A DNA stretch of 64,000 nt from Octopus sinensis (GCF_006345805.1 NC_042997.1:112034001-112098000), one strand, 5' to 3'; counted from the first letter of the stretch, positions 13,531 through 25,596 are shown. Numbers and translations are program-made. Notes: generated by a model not told the origin, from the letters alone.

Positions 13531-13614
13531 AATGGTGACTTCGAAGTGTTGCCTGCTCGCCTTCGTTAGGCAATCTGACGAAGGCAAATAAGCCGAAACT
13601 TCGAAGTCATTATT
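13531..13614 (+). ncRNA. Minimal hammerhead (13572-13611) with an inverted, degenerate partner (13531-13570, minus)
   Basis: AAT-CTGACGA-A-GGC aaataa GCC-GAAA-C TTCGAA GTC-ATT; helix III palindrome ACTTCGAAGT; GUC site, predicted cut after 13608. Partner reads CTAACGA..AACACTTCGAAGTC. Confidence 0.7.
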
Positions 13615-13943
13615 AGCAGACACTTTCTTCATTTGGTGACTGGTTATTTCAGTATAAACCTGTTGACATCCAAAGAATATAAACACGCTATTTATAAAAT
13701 ATATACTTTAATCGCTGTCAACTTTGTTCCACAGCTCAAAATTCTTAGATGGTTGAGATTACCTCCACTTGACTTCGAGAGTTTCTAACATCTGCCGCTA
13801 GGTTTTCGTTTTCTCTCTCCCAGTAAGGGAAATTTTATCAAGTCGAGATAGTTGCATGATGTGCATATATGTAAACATTAATGACACATATTGTTGTAGA
13901 AATACGTGTCTACAGCTGTCTTCGTATCTCTAAACTATCAAAC

Positions 13944-14360
13944 TGGCACTCCGTCGGTTTCTATGACGTAGGTTCCAGTTTGTCCGATCAACGAAACAGC
14001 CTGCTCCTGGAATTAAAATGAATGGCAGAACACTCTACAGACACGCGTACCCTCTACATAATCCTCAGGGATATCCAGTGTAATACAGAGTGAGCTAAGG
14101 ATGCCCCAAGGGTATTCGGCTCTCGTATGATCGCGATTTCTATTCCCAGGGGCGCGTTGTGCCCTTGAGTTTTATTTCACATTGCTCCAGTTCACTCAGC
14201 TGGCAAAAATGAGTTGTAGCTGTATTTCAAAGGGGCCAGCCTTGTCGCATTCTGTGTCATGCTGACTCTCCCTGAGGGTATTCGTTTCTGCGGAGTGCTC
14301 AGCCACTTACACGTTAATTCCACAAGCAGGCTGTTCCGCTGATCGCATCAACTGGGACCC
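13944..14360. mobile_element. Head-to-head pair of SINE family E copies (3' half on minus, 13944-14105; longer copy on plus, 14107-14360)
   Basis: Shared blocks GTGCTCAGCCAC, AGCAGGCTGTT..GATC in opposite orientations; tRNA-like head remnant at about 14107-14150. Confidence 0.65.
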
Positions 14361-15017
14361 AGTTTTTGTTTGAAATAAAGTCTTTTCTTTACTGGCATGT
14401 CAGTTTCGAAGAAGTCCCGTGATTCCCTCTCCTCACTTGGAGTTGGTTCCTATCACGACCAAGTAAGTGTTCTATCATCCCTGGAAGTAAGGGAAAATCC
14501 AATATATCAAGAACTTTGTATATTTTGGTTAAGTAGCGGCCATGCTGGGGCTCCGCCTCCGTCGGTTTAGTACAGGACTTCACAAGCAGGGCTCAGTGAA
14601 AACTTTTCGGAATTTCCTGTAATAAGGAACCTTTAAATAAATTTTGATAAAAATTTATTTTTGAAAACAAAAATATTTATAATAATAAATTATTATATAA
14701 TCTTAAAATAAATAATCTGTCTTTGTTTCAATTTTTTGTTAAAAGGCGCCAAGGCTTGCCTGTAAAATATAGGAATCGAATCCGTGATATTTGGAAACTT
14801 CTATAACGGCTAAATAATATAAATCTGGTGTGTTATATCGATCTCAATAATTACTTGTGTTGCAGGAATCGGTAACAAGATCTAAAGCGACACTATTTAC
14901 AGTCAACACCGGTCTTTAAACAGGTGTAAAGACAAATATGTCTACAAACTATTTAGTGTGATATAATAAATATTAAAACTTTTCTATGACTTTATAATAA
15001 ATATTCACAAGTATTGA

Positions 15018-15789
15018 GGGCGGAGGTAAAGGACATGGACCGCACCCGCTTTTGGTTTTTTTTTTTTGCTTTTTTTTTTCTACAGAAACACTGCGGAGAT
15101 TCCGAATCTGCAAAAGAAACTGGCATTTCAAAATTTAAATATCCCCCGCCCATTCCCCAATTTTCCACTTATTTTAGAAATTTTTTTTGCCGAAAAACGT
15201 AGAAAAATACGTAGATTATGATTCTGAAAGAAAAATTTCGTAAAATTTCAATTTTTCGAAAATAAATAAACACCTCTTCCACTACGTCAGAGCATCTCTG
15301 ACAGAAAGTGAACATGTGGTTGAGGGATTTTTGGAACTGAGAGGTATGTAAAAATTAGTTTTTCTTTTGCACGCACACACACGACAGCAAAATGACATTT
15401 AAAAAACTTTTTTTCTTGTTTCGTAATTCGTATTTAGAAAGTGGGTCTTCGGTTTGGCTGTTGTTTCTAGCTTGTCGTACTTTCCGGTTGGAGATACTTT
15501 TTTACGCCTGCTTATTTTAGTAGGAGGGGAGGGATTTATTATTTTTTTGTTCTTTGAAAAATTGAAATTTTACAAATTTTTTTTTTCAGAATCATAATCT
15601 CCGTATTTTTCTACGTATTTCGCCAAAACAAAAAAAAAATCTTAAAAAAAGGGGGGGGGGGGGGGTTTAAATTTTGAAATGCCAATTTTTTTGCAGATTC
15701 GGAATCTCTGCTGTCGAAAACGTGGGTTTCTGTAGGAAAAAAAAAAACTAACCGAAAGTGGGTGCGATCCATGTCCTTTACCTCCGCCC
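15018..15789. mobile_element. Non-autonomous long-TIR DNA transposon (MULE-like)
   Basis: About 250-bp TIRs starting GGGCGGAGGTAAAGGACATGGA; 9-bp TSD AAGTA(T/C)TGA at 15009-15017 and 15790-15798. Confidence 0.85.
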
Positions 15790-16682
15790 AAGTACTGAAT
15801 ACTTCTGCAAATTATTTATAAATTATTGGACCAATCGTTAGAAGATGAGACTAATGCAGTGCAGTTGCATTCTGAATTCAAAATCCCGCTCATGTCGACT
15901 CTTCCTCTTATCCCATCGGTTTTGATAAGATAAAGTTTTGACAAGATCCGTCTTGTACTGGGTCGATTCTTCACTTTCTGAGTGTGGTAGATTGGTAGAA
16001 TCGATTGAGTATTGGACTAATTGCTTTGCAGTATTTGTTCGGGCTCTTTACTCTGAGTTTGAGGTCAATTTTGCCTTTCATCTTCCGTGGTCGATAAAAT
16101 AGAATAATAATCAAGATTTATCGACCAACCCTTGCCTCTTCAAATTGCTGGCCTTGTGCTAAAACTAGAAATGATCAAAAGCGGTGGATTTGGCAGAACC
16201 GTCACAGCGTCGGACAAAATACCTTGCCGTTTTTCTTCTGACTCTTTACGCTCTGGGTTCAGATTAACTTTACTTTACAACTTTACAGAATCGCTAAAAT
16301 AAATTACTATTAAAGTACTAGGGTAGATATAACCGACTAACACCCTCTCCTCACCCGCACTCATTGTAGGCTTTATGCTGGTCACAAATTATTGTGTGTG
16401 TGTGAGAGAGAAAGAGAGTGTGTGTGAGCGAGTGAATTGCGCTATAGTTTGTTGTTTCCCATTCATTCGAGGTCAAATTTTGTTATATTTTCCTGTGTAG
16501 CATCTATTTATAAAAGTCAAAAGATTTATTTATAAAACTATCGAATATGACGCTCCGTTGTTGTGAGTAGAGGATGAGTGAAAAGGGAACCACGCCTACT
16601 AAATACAGGCTGTTGTCATTTTCGAGTTTAGCTTGCTGGGGCATCGGGCTACCTTTTGCAGAATACATTAATATATAAAAAG

Positions 16683-16739
<57 letters not shown>

Positions 16740-17064
16740 GAAATAAGATAGCTATAGCTATAGATGCGTATATAAGTATGCATTTATTGTATAGAGGCAG
16801 TTTTTTCACTCTGGATAGCTTCTTGAAGTTATAATATAACACGAAACGGAAAACAAAACACAAAAAATACAGGTGATTTATCTGTTAATTTGTCAACAAT
16901 AACATCAAAATAGACGTGCGTATTTTAAAATTCTATGTGCATCTGTATATTGTCGGTGTTCTCATTCATCTGTATGTATATATGTGTGTGTTTCTGTGTG
17001 TATGAGTCCTGTGGTATGAGTGTGTCAGGTGCCCGCGCGCTTGTGTGTATATGAACAAGATCAT

Positions 17065-17336
17065 GGTACTACTTGAGAACAGTGGTCCCGGTGCGCGCAC
17101 TCGCGTATTCACGCTAGCTAGTCATGACTAGTCGATCCTTACTTTGTGTTATTGTGTTATTTACTTTAATTTAAAAATTATTTACTTTGTGTTTTTGTTT
17201 ACTTTGTTTAAGAAAAATTATTTGTGTAAAAAAATTATTTATTTTGCTACGTAGTCGTTGTAGGATCGACTAGTCACGACTAGCTAGCGCGAGTACACGA
17301 GTGCGCGCACCGGGACCACTTTTCTCAAGCAGTACC
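17065..17336. mobile_element. MITE with about 75-bp CpG-rich TIRs (Merlin-like termini)
   Basis: GGTACT...AGTACC ends; exact 9-bp TSD CAAGATCAT at 17056-17064 and 17337-17345; AT-rich spacer. Confidence 0.9.
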
Positions 17337-17400
17337 CAAGATCATTGTGTGTACACGGCAGGGGGTGGGTGTAAGTATGAGCGGTGTGAGCACATGATGT

Positions 17401-17856
17401 GGGCATTCCCTCGGAGATGGGATAGCTAAAGGTGAAAATGAAAATCGTTCTGTATGATCTGTTTGTTCGGCAATTTCCGTAAAAAAATATTTCTTTCATA
17501 TTTTTTCAGCTGAACAGTGAAATACACGATCGCACACGTACGCACGCACACACGTACTCGTTGTCTTCATGTCCAGGAGCGAATTGAACAGACACACTCA
17601 AGCACATACACACACACACACACATACACACACACGCAAATACACGTACATCTTTCTTTTATGTTTTCACGAATCGCTTATGTTTATGTATTTTTGGTGT
17701 GTGTATGTATATTTTTGTATGTATGGGTGTGTTTGTGTGTGTGTGAGCTGGAAAAAATATTAAAGAAAAAAAAAATCTTACGGAAATTGCGAAAGAAATA
17801 GATAAAACAACAATTTTCATTTTCACTTTCGTGATACCATCTCCGAAGGAATGCCC
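17401..17856. mobile_element. Non-autonomous TIR element (about 115-bp TIRs, GGGCATTCC ends) with CA/TG interior
   Basis: Left GGGCATTCCCTCGGAGATGG..TTTTCAGCT matches the reverse complement of the right end; TSD not clean (ATGATGT/ATTATGT). Confidence 0.8.
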
Positions 17857-18304
17857 ATTATGTTTACACGCTAGTATTCCATATTATATGAATTTTTGTG
17901 TAGTGTTGCACACTACTTGAATATCTAATGGCGAGACCTCCGTCCGTCCCGAAGTCCTTCCTATCTCGTAAATGTATATTATAATTTCCTTTCCTCTTTT
18001 TAAAGCTTAAAGTCGTATGGTATTTAGTTGTGTGCCGGAGATTTAAGTATAACAAGTGTCAAACTGGAAACACATGCATGTATGTGAGTGTGTGTGCATA
18101 GTTTCATTTAAGCTGGTCCAGTGGTCTGTCACCCTGCAGTCTCCATAGCGTGCAACCAAGTCTGACTGGACCAGTTAAAATAAGCTACTGCACTCTATTT
18201 TTATCGAGTACTTCACAGCTTCTTATCATCTTTCCTAAAATCATCACATTTTCTCTATCTCACCTTCTCTCTCTCTCTCTTTTGTCTGTTCCCTATTCTC
18301 CTCC

Positions 18305-18665
18305 AGTACGCCCAAGGTGGACAGAAAAAGCGCTTCAAGGACACGCTCAGAGCCTCACTGAAGAGCTATGAGAATTACCCCGGCACTTGGGAAACGCAAG
18401 CACAGGACTGCCCTGCCTGGCAAAAGCTGCACCAACAGAGGTACTGCCTTCTATGAACAGAACAGGTTTGCAGGGGTACAAAGAAAATGTAAACCATGCA
18501 AGTCTGGAGCCAAATCCTTGTCTTCTGTTCCAGCAGACCACAGTGCCGGACTTGTGGCAGAGCCTACCGAGCACGATTCAGACTGATTGGCCACAGCTGG
18601 ACACATCGTGTCCCATCTTCTATCAAGTGATGTCCTTGATCATCAACAATGACGGACAAACTAAT
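18305..18665 (+). mobile_element. 3' end of a second RTE family (BovB/Expander-like), frameshifted
   Basis: RPQGGQKKRFKDTLRASLKSY..WE..AQD..AW, followed by a CxxC..H zinc-finger-like remnant (CRTCGRAYRARFRLIGHSWTH). Confidence 0.75.
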
Positions 18666-18849
18666 AATTCTCCTTCAGGTATAGGGACGCCCTGTTTGGC
18701 CCATTAATCTTGCATAAACAAAATGTCCAACCACAGATGTGTAAAGACGTGGAATTAAGCCCCTTATTTGAACAAGTAAAGGTTGGTATTAGGAAGGACA
18801 TCTGGCTATAGAATACAGCCTTATGGAAAAAGTTGATGTATAAATGAGG

Positions 18850-19274
18850 GAGTATTTCTTCGGAGATGGTATCACGAAAATGAAAATCATTCTGTTTTAT
18901 CTATTCGGCAATTTCCATAAATTCCTTTATTTCTTTTAAAGGGCTTTTTTTCAGCTTACGGACAGCTCACATACAAACACGCACGCACGCACACACACAC
19001 ACACACACAAATGCATAAACGTAGGTGATTCGTGAAATCAAGAAAAAAAATGTATATATATTTGTGCGTATGTGTGAGTGTTACAGTGTGTATTTTCTCA
19101 ACTCTCTCGTGATCATGAAAGACAATGTGTGTGGTGTATATGTGTGTGTGTGTGTGTGAGACTATGTCTTACTGTTCAATCGGAAAATTTTTTGATAAGT
19201 ATTTTTCACGGAAATTGCCAAACAAATCGATAAAATAACGATTTTCATTTTCTCTTTCCTCTGAAGGAATGCTT
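18850..19274. mobile_element. Second, more decayed copy of the GGGCATTCC TIR family
   Basis: CTTCGGAGATGGTATCACGAAAATGAAAAT left end; ATTTTCATTTTC..GAAGGAATGC right end; CA/TG interior. Confidence 0.7.
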
Positions 19275-19641
19275 GGTGACAATGGTTGATGATGATAGTG
19301 GAGGGAGTGATGACTGATAGTAATGTTAGTGCTGGTGATGATTAATGATTGATTGGTGATGATGAGTAATGCTAATTGCTAACGATAATTGATTGGCAAT
19401 GATTGTAGCTGGAGTGATGAGCGATGGTGATGATTGGTGAAAATGGCGTTGGTGGTGACTGATCGTAAATGACGATCATGTTTGAAGATGATTGATGTAG
19501 TGCAATGCTATGAATTTATAAGATGAATATTTTCAACTGACTGACGGTAAATTATTCATTCCCTCTGTTTTAGTTTTAAAATTGAATTAATCATTATTCA
19601 ACAAATCCTGTAGTTTGTAAGCTATTTGTTGTTAAATTTCT

Positions 19642-19877
19642 AGCCAAGAGATGTTTTATTTGTCACATTCTACCAGTATACGAAGTTTAAAAGTGTTTAG
19701 TTACAAAGAAATTATTTTTAAAATTTGCGGGTCAAAGTGAAAAGATCTCAGAATTTTCTCAAGAAAGCCAAGAGAAAAAGATGTTTTATTTGACACATTC
19801 TACCAGTATACGAAGTTTAAAAGTGTTTAGTTACAAATAAATCATTTTAAAAATCTGTCGGTCAAAGTGAAAAGATC
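19642..19877. repeat. Tandem duplication, about 100-bp copies with 130-bp period
   Basis: AGATGTTTTATTTG(T/A)CACATTCTACCAGTATACGAAG...GGTCAAAGTGAAAAGATC at 19649 and 19779. Confidence 0.9.
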
Positions 19878-20056
19878 CAACAAATCAAGTTAATAGAGGA
19901 TACACACACCCCACATTCTCACAAACTGAAATTTTCCTCTTAGTTGGAGAAAACTTAAACCTAGCGGCAATTGTCAGAAATCCTTAAAGAGAAGGGAGAT
20001 AATTTGATACAATAGACAATTTCGAATGTCCGTGTTTCGAATCCAAGGGATAACTT

Positions 20057-20659
20057 GGTACAACTAGCGAACAATGGTCCCGGTGCGCGCATCCGCGCTA
20101 GCTAGTCGTAAGTAGTTGATCCTACAACGACTTGCGCGTATGTTTGTATTCCAAGGCTGAATACATATCATAGAAAATTAAATAATATTTTTCGAACGAA
20201 GTAAATAAAACGCAAAGTAAATAATTTTTTAAACTAAATAAATAAATTATTTGGTACTATTAGCGAACCGTGGTCCCGGTGCGCACACGCGTAGTCGCGC
20301 ATCCGCGCTAGCTAGTCATGACTAGTCGATCCTTTGTGTTTTTGTGTTTTATTTACTTTGTTTAAAATTATTTACTCTGTGTAAAAAAATTATTTATTTT
20401 ATGTTTTATTTACTTTGCTAGATAGTCGTTTTAGGATCGACTAGTCACGACTAGATGCGCGACTACGCATGTGCGCGCACCGGGACCACTGTTCGCTAGT
20501 AGTACCAATTATTTTTATAAACAAACTAAGGTTAGGGTTAGGGTTAAAAAATTAGGTTTAGGGTCAAGGTTAAAATGTGGTTATAGGATCGACTACTTAC
20601 AACTAGCTAGCGCAGATGCGCGAGTGCGCGCACCGGGACCACTGCGCGCTAGTAGTACT
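20057..20659. mobile_element. Merlin-like MITE (outer), containing TTAGGG-like repeats and a nested same-family MITE
   Basis: GGTAC left end; AGTACT right end; exact 9-bp TSD GGATAACTT at 20048-20056 and 20660-20668. Confidence 0.88.
20253..20506. mobile_element. Merlin-like MITE (inner, nested)
   Basis: GGTACT...AGTACC ends; 8-bp TSD AATTATTT at 20245-20252 and 20507-20514; interior homologous to 17065-17336. Confidence 0.88.
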
Positions 20660-21469
20660 GGATAACTTTATACTTGTTTCAGCCCATTAGCCGTCAACAT
20701 GATCAAACCAAATCTTTCCGATGGAGGTGTTGGTGGGCGAAATAAGCTGGGAGGATTGAAAAGGCGCAGATAAATTAGCAATTATAAAAATTTCACATGA
20801 TTTAAAACTTTTATGTTATTATGGACATTATGGCGAAGGAAGAGGACCCACAAAATTCCTCTACTTTTTGGTTTAAGACTTACTGCATATAATCTGTGAC
20901 TACAGTAACAAACTTTTCCCCCGATATCTGTTATAGTTTTAATTAAAGTTGCGCACCATATATATTTTATTCCTGTATTTCATTCTATTTGATCGGCCTG
21001 GTAGGATGAAAAGCAAAGATAGTCTAGATAAGAACTGAAACGGAAGCAATTAAATACCAACAATGTATCTAATCAAACACCTCACTGATTCCTGCCATAA
21101 ACTGCCCTACATTTTGCAATAAATTAATTACATACTACGGCTAAGTTGAGGTTATTGATACGGCCAATTAAACACTGATAATCTGGTCTAATTTGAGTTC
21201 CCTTATTGTTTACTGTGAACACCAAACAAGTGAAATGGCCTGCTAGAAATAACAGTCAAATGAGCTTCAAACAACAGCCTACTGTCTTAAAAATCGCGTC
21301 CACCCATTATAAGCCCGTAAAGTTATATTCTATAATCACAGCTGTCGACCAGGGTTGGTCTGATTAATTACAAACATCAACATTAATAACTAAATGCTAT
21401 TTTATATGGGATCTTTCCATTCTATATCTTCTGTGTGTATAATATTGTATATATAATATATATGTGTTG

Positions 21470-21529
21470 TTAGCCTTAGCAGCGGTGCCAGTGGGACATC
21501 TATTCCGACAGACATGAATTGAGGCTAAG
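21470..21529 (+). other. Candidate non-coding first exon (5' boundary unknown)
   Basis: Non-repetitive, relatively GC-rich island ending in a strong donor AAG|GTGAGT (GT at 21530-21531); no transcript evidence. Confidence 0.3.
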
Positions 21530-22460
21530 GTGAGTGAGTAAGGTTCATATAGTTATATTTAAACAGTGTTTTCACTTTGTCTAACAGAATTAATTAATTA
21601 ATAATTAGTAATAATTAAACAGACGTGGGTGTTTTGTTGTTGTTATGAATATGCTTTAGTTGATCAATGATGAGTGAAAGCATTTTCATGTTTTAAGTTT
21701 TTACTCCCTTAAATTATCCAACAAAATTATGTTTTATAAATCAATCAATTACTTAATTTACAAAAATTTTTATAAAATATTTCAATTTGTGTTTTGATTA
21801 ACATCTATGTCCGTGTATGTGTGTATATGTATGTGTTATAAGTGTTCGCAATTCTGGGTTAAACGTACAAACATGCCAGAGTATATGTATATATATATAT
21901 ATATTTCTGTGCCACTAATATGTAAACAAACTGTTTCTTTTTGTTGTCGAAGTTTTGGAAAATAATATTTCAAAGTAACTATGGGGACTGAATGGAGGCC
22001 ACAATATTTAAAATCCTCTTTCTATTTTAAAGTCAGTAAGTTCAATCAGGAAGGATCAAGCAATTGACTTCGATTACATTGGTAACATTTGACGTGTAGA
22101 ATATTTATTTATATTGTGCGTGCGTGTTTATAAGATGTATGTATAGATAGATAAATATATATGTAGGACCAGACTAAGACCTAGTGGGGCCCCTGGGCCA
22201 GTTGGCTAGGAGTGGGTCTTTTACGGTTGCAGATTCTAAAGGTAGTAAGATAACATAGTTCCATTAAATTTAGGGACCACACACCATTTGAAGAGGCCTC
22301 AATTAAAAGTTTTTTAAGGGACTCAGTTATATTTAATGGCTTTTTAAATATAAAAGGGTCCCCCTCCCCACTGTTCCTTGTAGGTAGGTCCTCGATGCCG
22401 CTCCAACACTTTCTCTCGGACTGTCTCTATCTCTCCTACCTTCCTCTCTTTCTTTTCCTT

Positions 22461-22564
22461 GCGGAGGTAAAGAATACGCACACCACCCGTTTTCGGCGTA
22501 AACCTAACCCTAAAACTAACCCTAACCCTAAACCACTGGGTGTGTGTATTCTTTACCTTCGCCC
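22461..22564. mobile_element. Miniature derivative of the 15018-15789 TIR family with CCCTAA-like interior
   Basis: GCGGAGGTAAAGAATACGCACACC vs GGTGTGTGTATTCTTTACCTTCGC inverted; no clear TSD. Confidence 0.65.
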
Positions 22565-22932
22565 TTCCCCACCTGGTATAAACCACTTCACTTGGTTCTA
22601 CCCCCTCTCCCAGCTGAGAGGTTTTTGCCTCAGGTTACTTGGCAACCCCACATAAAAATTACCCTGTACACTCTGGAAGGCCATCCAGCCATTGACATCA
22701 TACCAAAGCTGATACTGGAACTCGGTGCAGACCTCAGGTTTGCCAGCTCCTGACAAATTGTCCAACCCATGCCAGCATGGCAGGCGGACATTAAATGATG
22801 ACGATGGTGATAATGATGATTAAATTAGCATGAAGTTTTGATGGAAGACAGTTTTAACTTATTTTCATATTTGGGGACCCAAATATTATTTATTGATCTT
22901 TTCTTTTAGACACACATAGTGGTTTATTATTA

Positions 22933-23555
22933 TTACGTTCTGCACACCCTAGTCCAGTGCCCGAGTATTACTGACCTGTGGGTTTATGTCGAACACCTGC
23001 TGTCGCGTGTAGGACGGATCTGGCTATCACCTGAATCCATTGTGAAGATTGCACCGCCGTCCTCTTTTGGCCGGGAGGGGCAGGCAATTTTTATTTGTCT
23101 AGTGGCTGTAGCGAAAGGGGTAGTATGGTGGACCCGTTTGAAAGGGCTAAAGACAGACACTTTCCTCTTTGGTCAAGCCCTCATCAACTTTTTCAAGTTT
23201 CACTTGAAAAGGAAGTTGAGGGTGGAGAGATTGAGGTGTTGCCTTGTAGCAAGTTTGTTGAGAGAATGGCCAGTATGAAAGGGCCAATTCTGAGCGTGCA
23301 CCTGTAAAAAGGAAATTAAAGAAGAGCTCTTATCCTGCTGATCAGGCACCCGTGGCTTTTGTGGGGTTTTCCACAAGCACCTTAAAGTGCCTCCTCTATT
23401 GGGAGTTTTAATTTAATTTTTATTGTTTTGCTTTGTTTACACAAAGAAAACCCATTGTATCGTCCTGTTTTTGTCTTTTATGTTGTTGTATGTCATTTAA
23501 TGTTTTTGTATGTGAAGCCTTGTGGCTAATAAAACAATAAATTATTATTATTATT
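22933..23555 (+). mobile_element. 5'-truncated L1/Tx1-like LINE 3' end
   Basis: HTLVQCPSITDLWVYVEHLL (end of CCHC knuckle) and the downstream C-terminal pattern; AATAAA and (ATT)n tail. Confidence 0.6.
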
Positions 23556-23561
23556 AATATT

Positions 23562-23985
23562 ATGGTGGCGAGCTGGCAGAATCATTAGCACACCGGGCAA
23601 AATGCTTAGTGGTATTTGTTCCGTCTTTACGTTCTTAGTTCAAATTCCACCAAAGTCGACTTTGCTGTTCATCCTTTCGGGGTCGATAAATTAAGTACCA
23701 GTGAAACACCGAGGTCGATGTTATCAGCTAGTTCCCTCCCACAAAATTTCAAGCCTTGTGCCTATAGTAGAAAGGATTATTATTATTAAGGCACCAAGCT
23801 GGCAGAAACATTAGCATGCTGAGCAAAATACTTAGTGGTATTTTGTCTGTCTTTACATTCTGAGTTCAAATTCTGCCAAGGTCAACTTTGCCTTTCTTCC
23901 TTTTGGGGAGTCGATAAATTAAGTACCAGTTGCGTACTGGGTCGATCTAATCAACTGGCCCCCTCCCTCAAAATTTTGGCTGAGA
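23562..23985 (+). mobile_element. Two tandem SINE family B copies
   Basis: GGCG(G/A)GCTGGCAGAA..TTAGCA head, GAGTTCAAATT B-box, TTTCATCCTTTCGGGGTCGATAAATTAAGTACCAG core. Confidence 0.85.
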
Positions 23986-24132
23986 AAGGCTGATGTAAAG
24001 CAGTGAAATTTGAACTCAGATTGTAAAGGTGGGCGAAATGCTGCTCAGTGTTATGCTTGGTTTGCTTATGATTCTGCCAGCCCATAGCCTTAAATAAACT
24101 TAGAAATTTTAAAAAGCAACAAACTGAAGAAT

Positions 24133-24420
24133 AGTTGTATATTTAAGAATTGAGGAATTATGTACATTATTTACATTTGTCCTCATCTGATGAAGGCTGG
24201 AGGATATATCAGCCGAAACATTGTTTCGGCTGATATACCCTCCAGCCTTCATCAGGTGTCTTGGGGAAATTTCAAACCTGGGTTCTTATTCCTAAGGTAT
24301 TTTTCTATGTTATTATTATTATACCCGTGGGCATAACTAACCCCAAGATTCCGAGTTCAATTCCAGACAGTGACCTAAATAATAATAATAATATTAACAA
24401 CAGCAACACTGAAAATTACC
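24133..24420. mobile_element. Multiply inverted copy of SINE family D (tRNA head, hammerhead-like tail), including a 69-bp palindrome at 24187-24255
   Basis: Segments match 57074-57427 in alternating orientations; palindrome centred on T24221 with one mismatch. Confidence 0.8.
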
Positions 24421-25596
24421 AAGTGTCTTCTACTACAACCTCAGGTCTACCAATGGTTGTGACTAAATGTGATAGAGGGGAACCTGTCATCCATGTGTGT
24501 GTATATATATATATATATCTTGCACCAAAAGCATATATATATATATATATATAGGTAATGGAAAATTATAGAGGTGAACTCTTTTCAAGAAACAACAGTG
24601 TAGGGCTCAATTTATTGAACAATTAGATTAAGGTAGCAAAGTACTGAAGGCATTAAAGTATACCGTAATATATATCTTCATCTTCATCATCATCATTTAA
24701 TGTCCGCTTTCCATGCTGGCATGGGTTGGATGGTTCGACTGGGGACTGGCAAACCAGGAGGCTGCGCCAGGCTCTAGCCTGATCTGGCAAGGTTTCTACA
24801 GCTGGATGCCCTTCGTAATGTCAACCACTCCAGTGTAGTGGGTGCTTTTTACATGCCACCAGCACAGGGATCCAGTCAGGTGGCATTGGCACTGGCCATG
24901 TTCAGATGGTGCTTTTTACATGCCACCAGCACAGGAGCCAGTCAGGTGGCACTGGCATCGACCATGCTCGAATGGTGCTTTTAATGCATCACTGGCACAG
25001 GAGCCAGTTAGGCGGCACTGGCATCAGCCATGTTTGAATGTGTGTATGCGTGTGTCTTTATGCTTGTTTCCCTCCACCACCACCACCTCACAACCAGTGT
25101 TGGTTTGTTTAACTGAATGGTTCTTTTATCTTTCACCTGTTTTAATCATTAGACTGTGGCCATGCTGTGGCACCACCTTGAAGAATTTTAGCTGAATGAA
25201 TCAGTCCCAGTGCTAACTTTTTTTTAAAAATAGTACCTATTCTATCAGTTGCTTTTACCAAACCACTAAGTTATGTGGACATAAACGCACCAACACCAGT
25301 TGTCAAACAGTAGTGAGGGACAAACAAAGAAACATACACACAGACATATGACAGGCTTCATTCAGTTTCCATCTTCCAAATCCATTCCCAAGGCTTTGGT
25401 TGGCCCAAGGCTATAGTAGAAGACACTTACTCAGGGTGCTTTGTAGTAGGACTGAACCTGGATCATGTGTTTAGAAAGTTTCTTACCACACAGCCACGCC
25501 TGTTTAAATTTAGGTTATAAGTTTTTATTTTTTTATGTAAATGATTAATGGTTAATATTTTAATATTATTCTGTTTTTTTTCTTTTTGTTTTCCAG

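Noticed and set aside
16504-16863. 119-aa minus-strand ORF in unique-looking sequence
   Set aside because: Runs through a TA/CA microsatellite and has no recognisable motif.
20528-20575. Telomere or chromosome-fusion remnant
   Set aside because: Only a few degenerate TTAGGG units, enclosed by MITE TIRs and a TSD.
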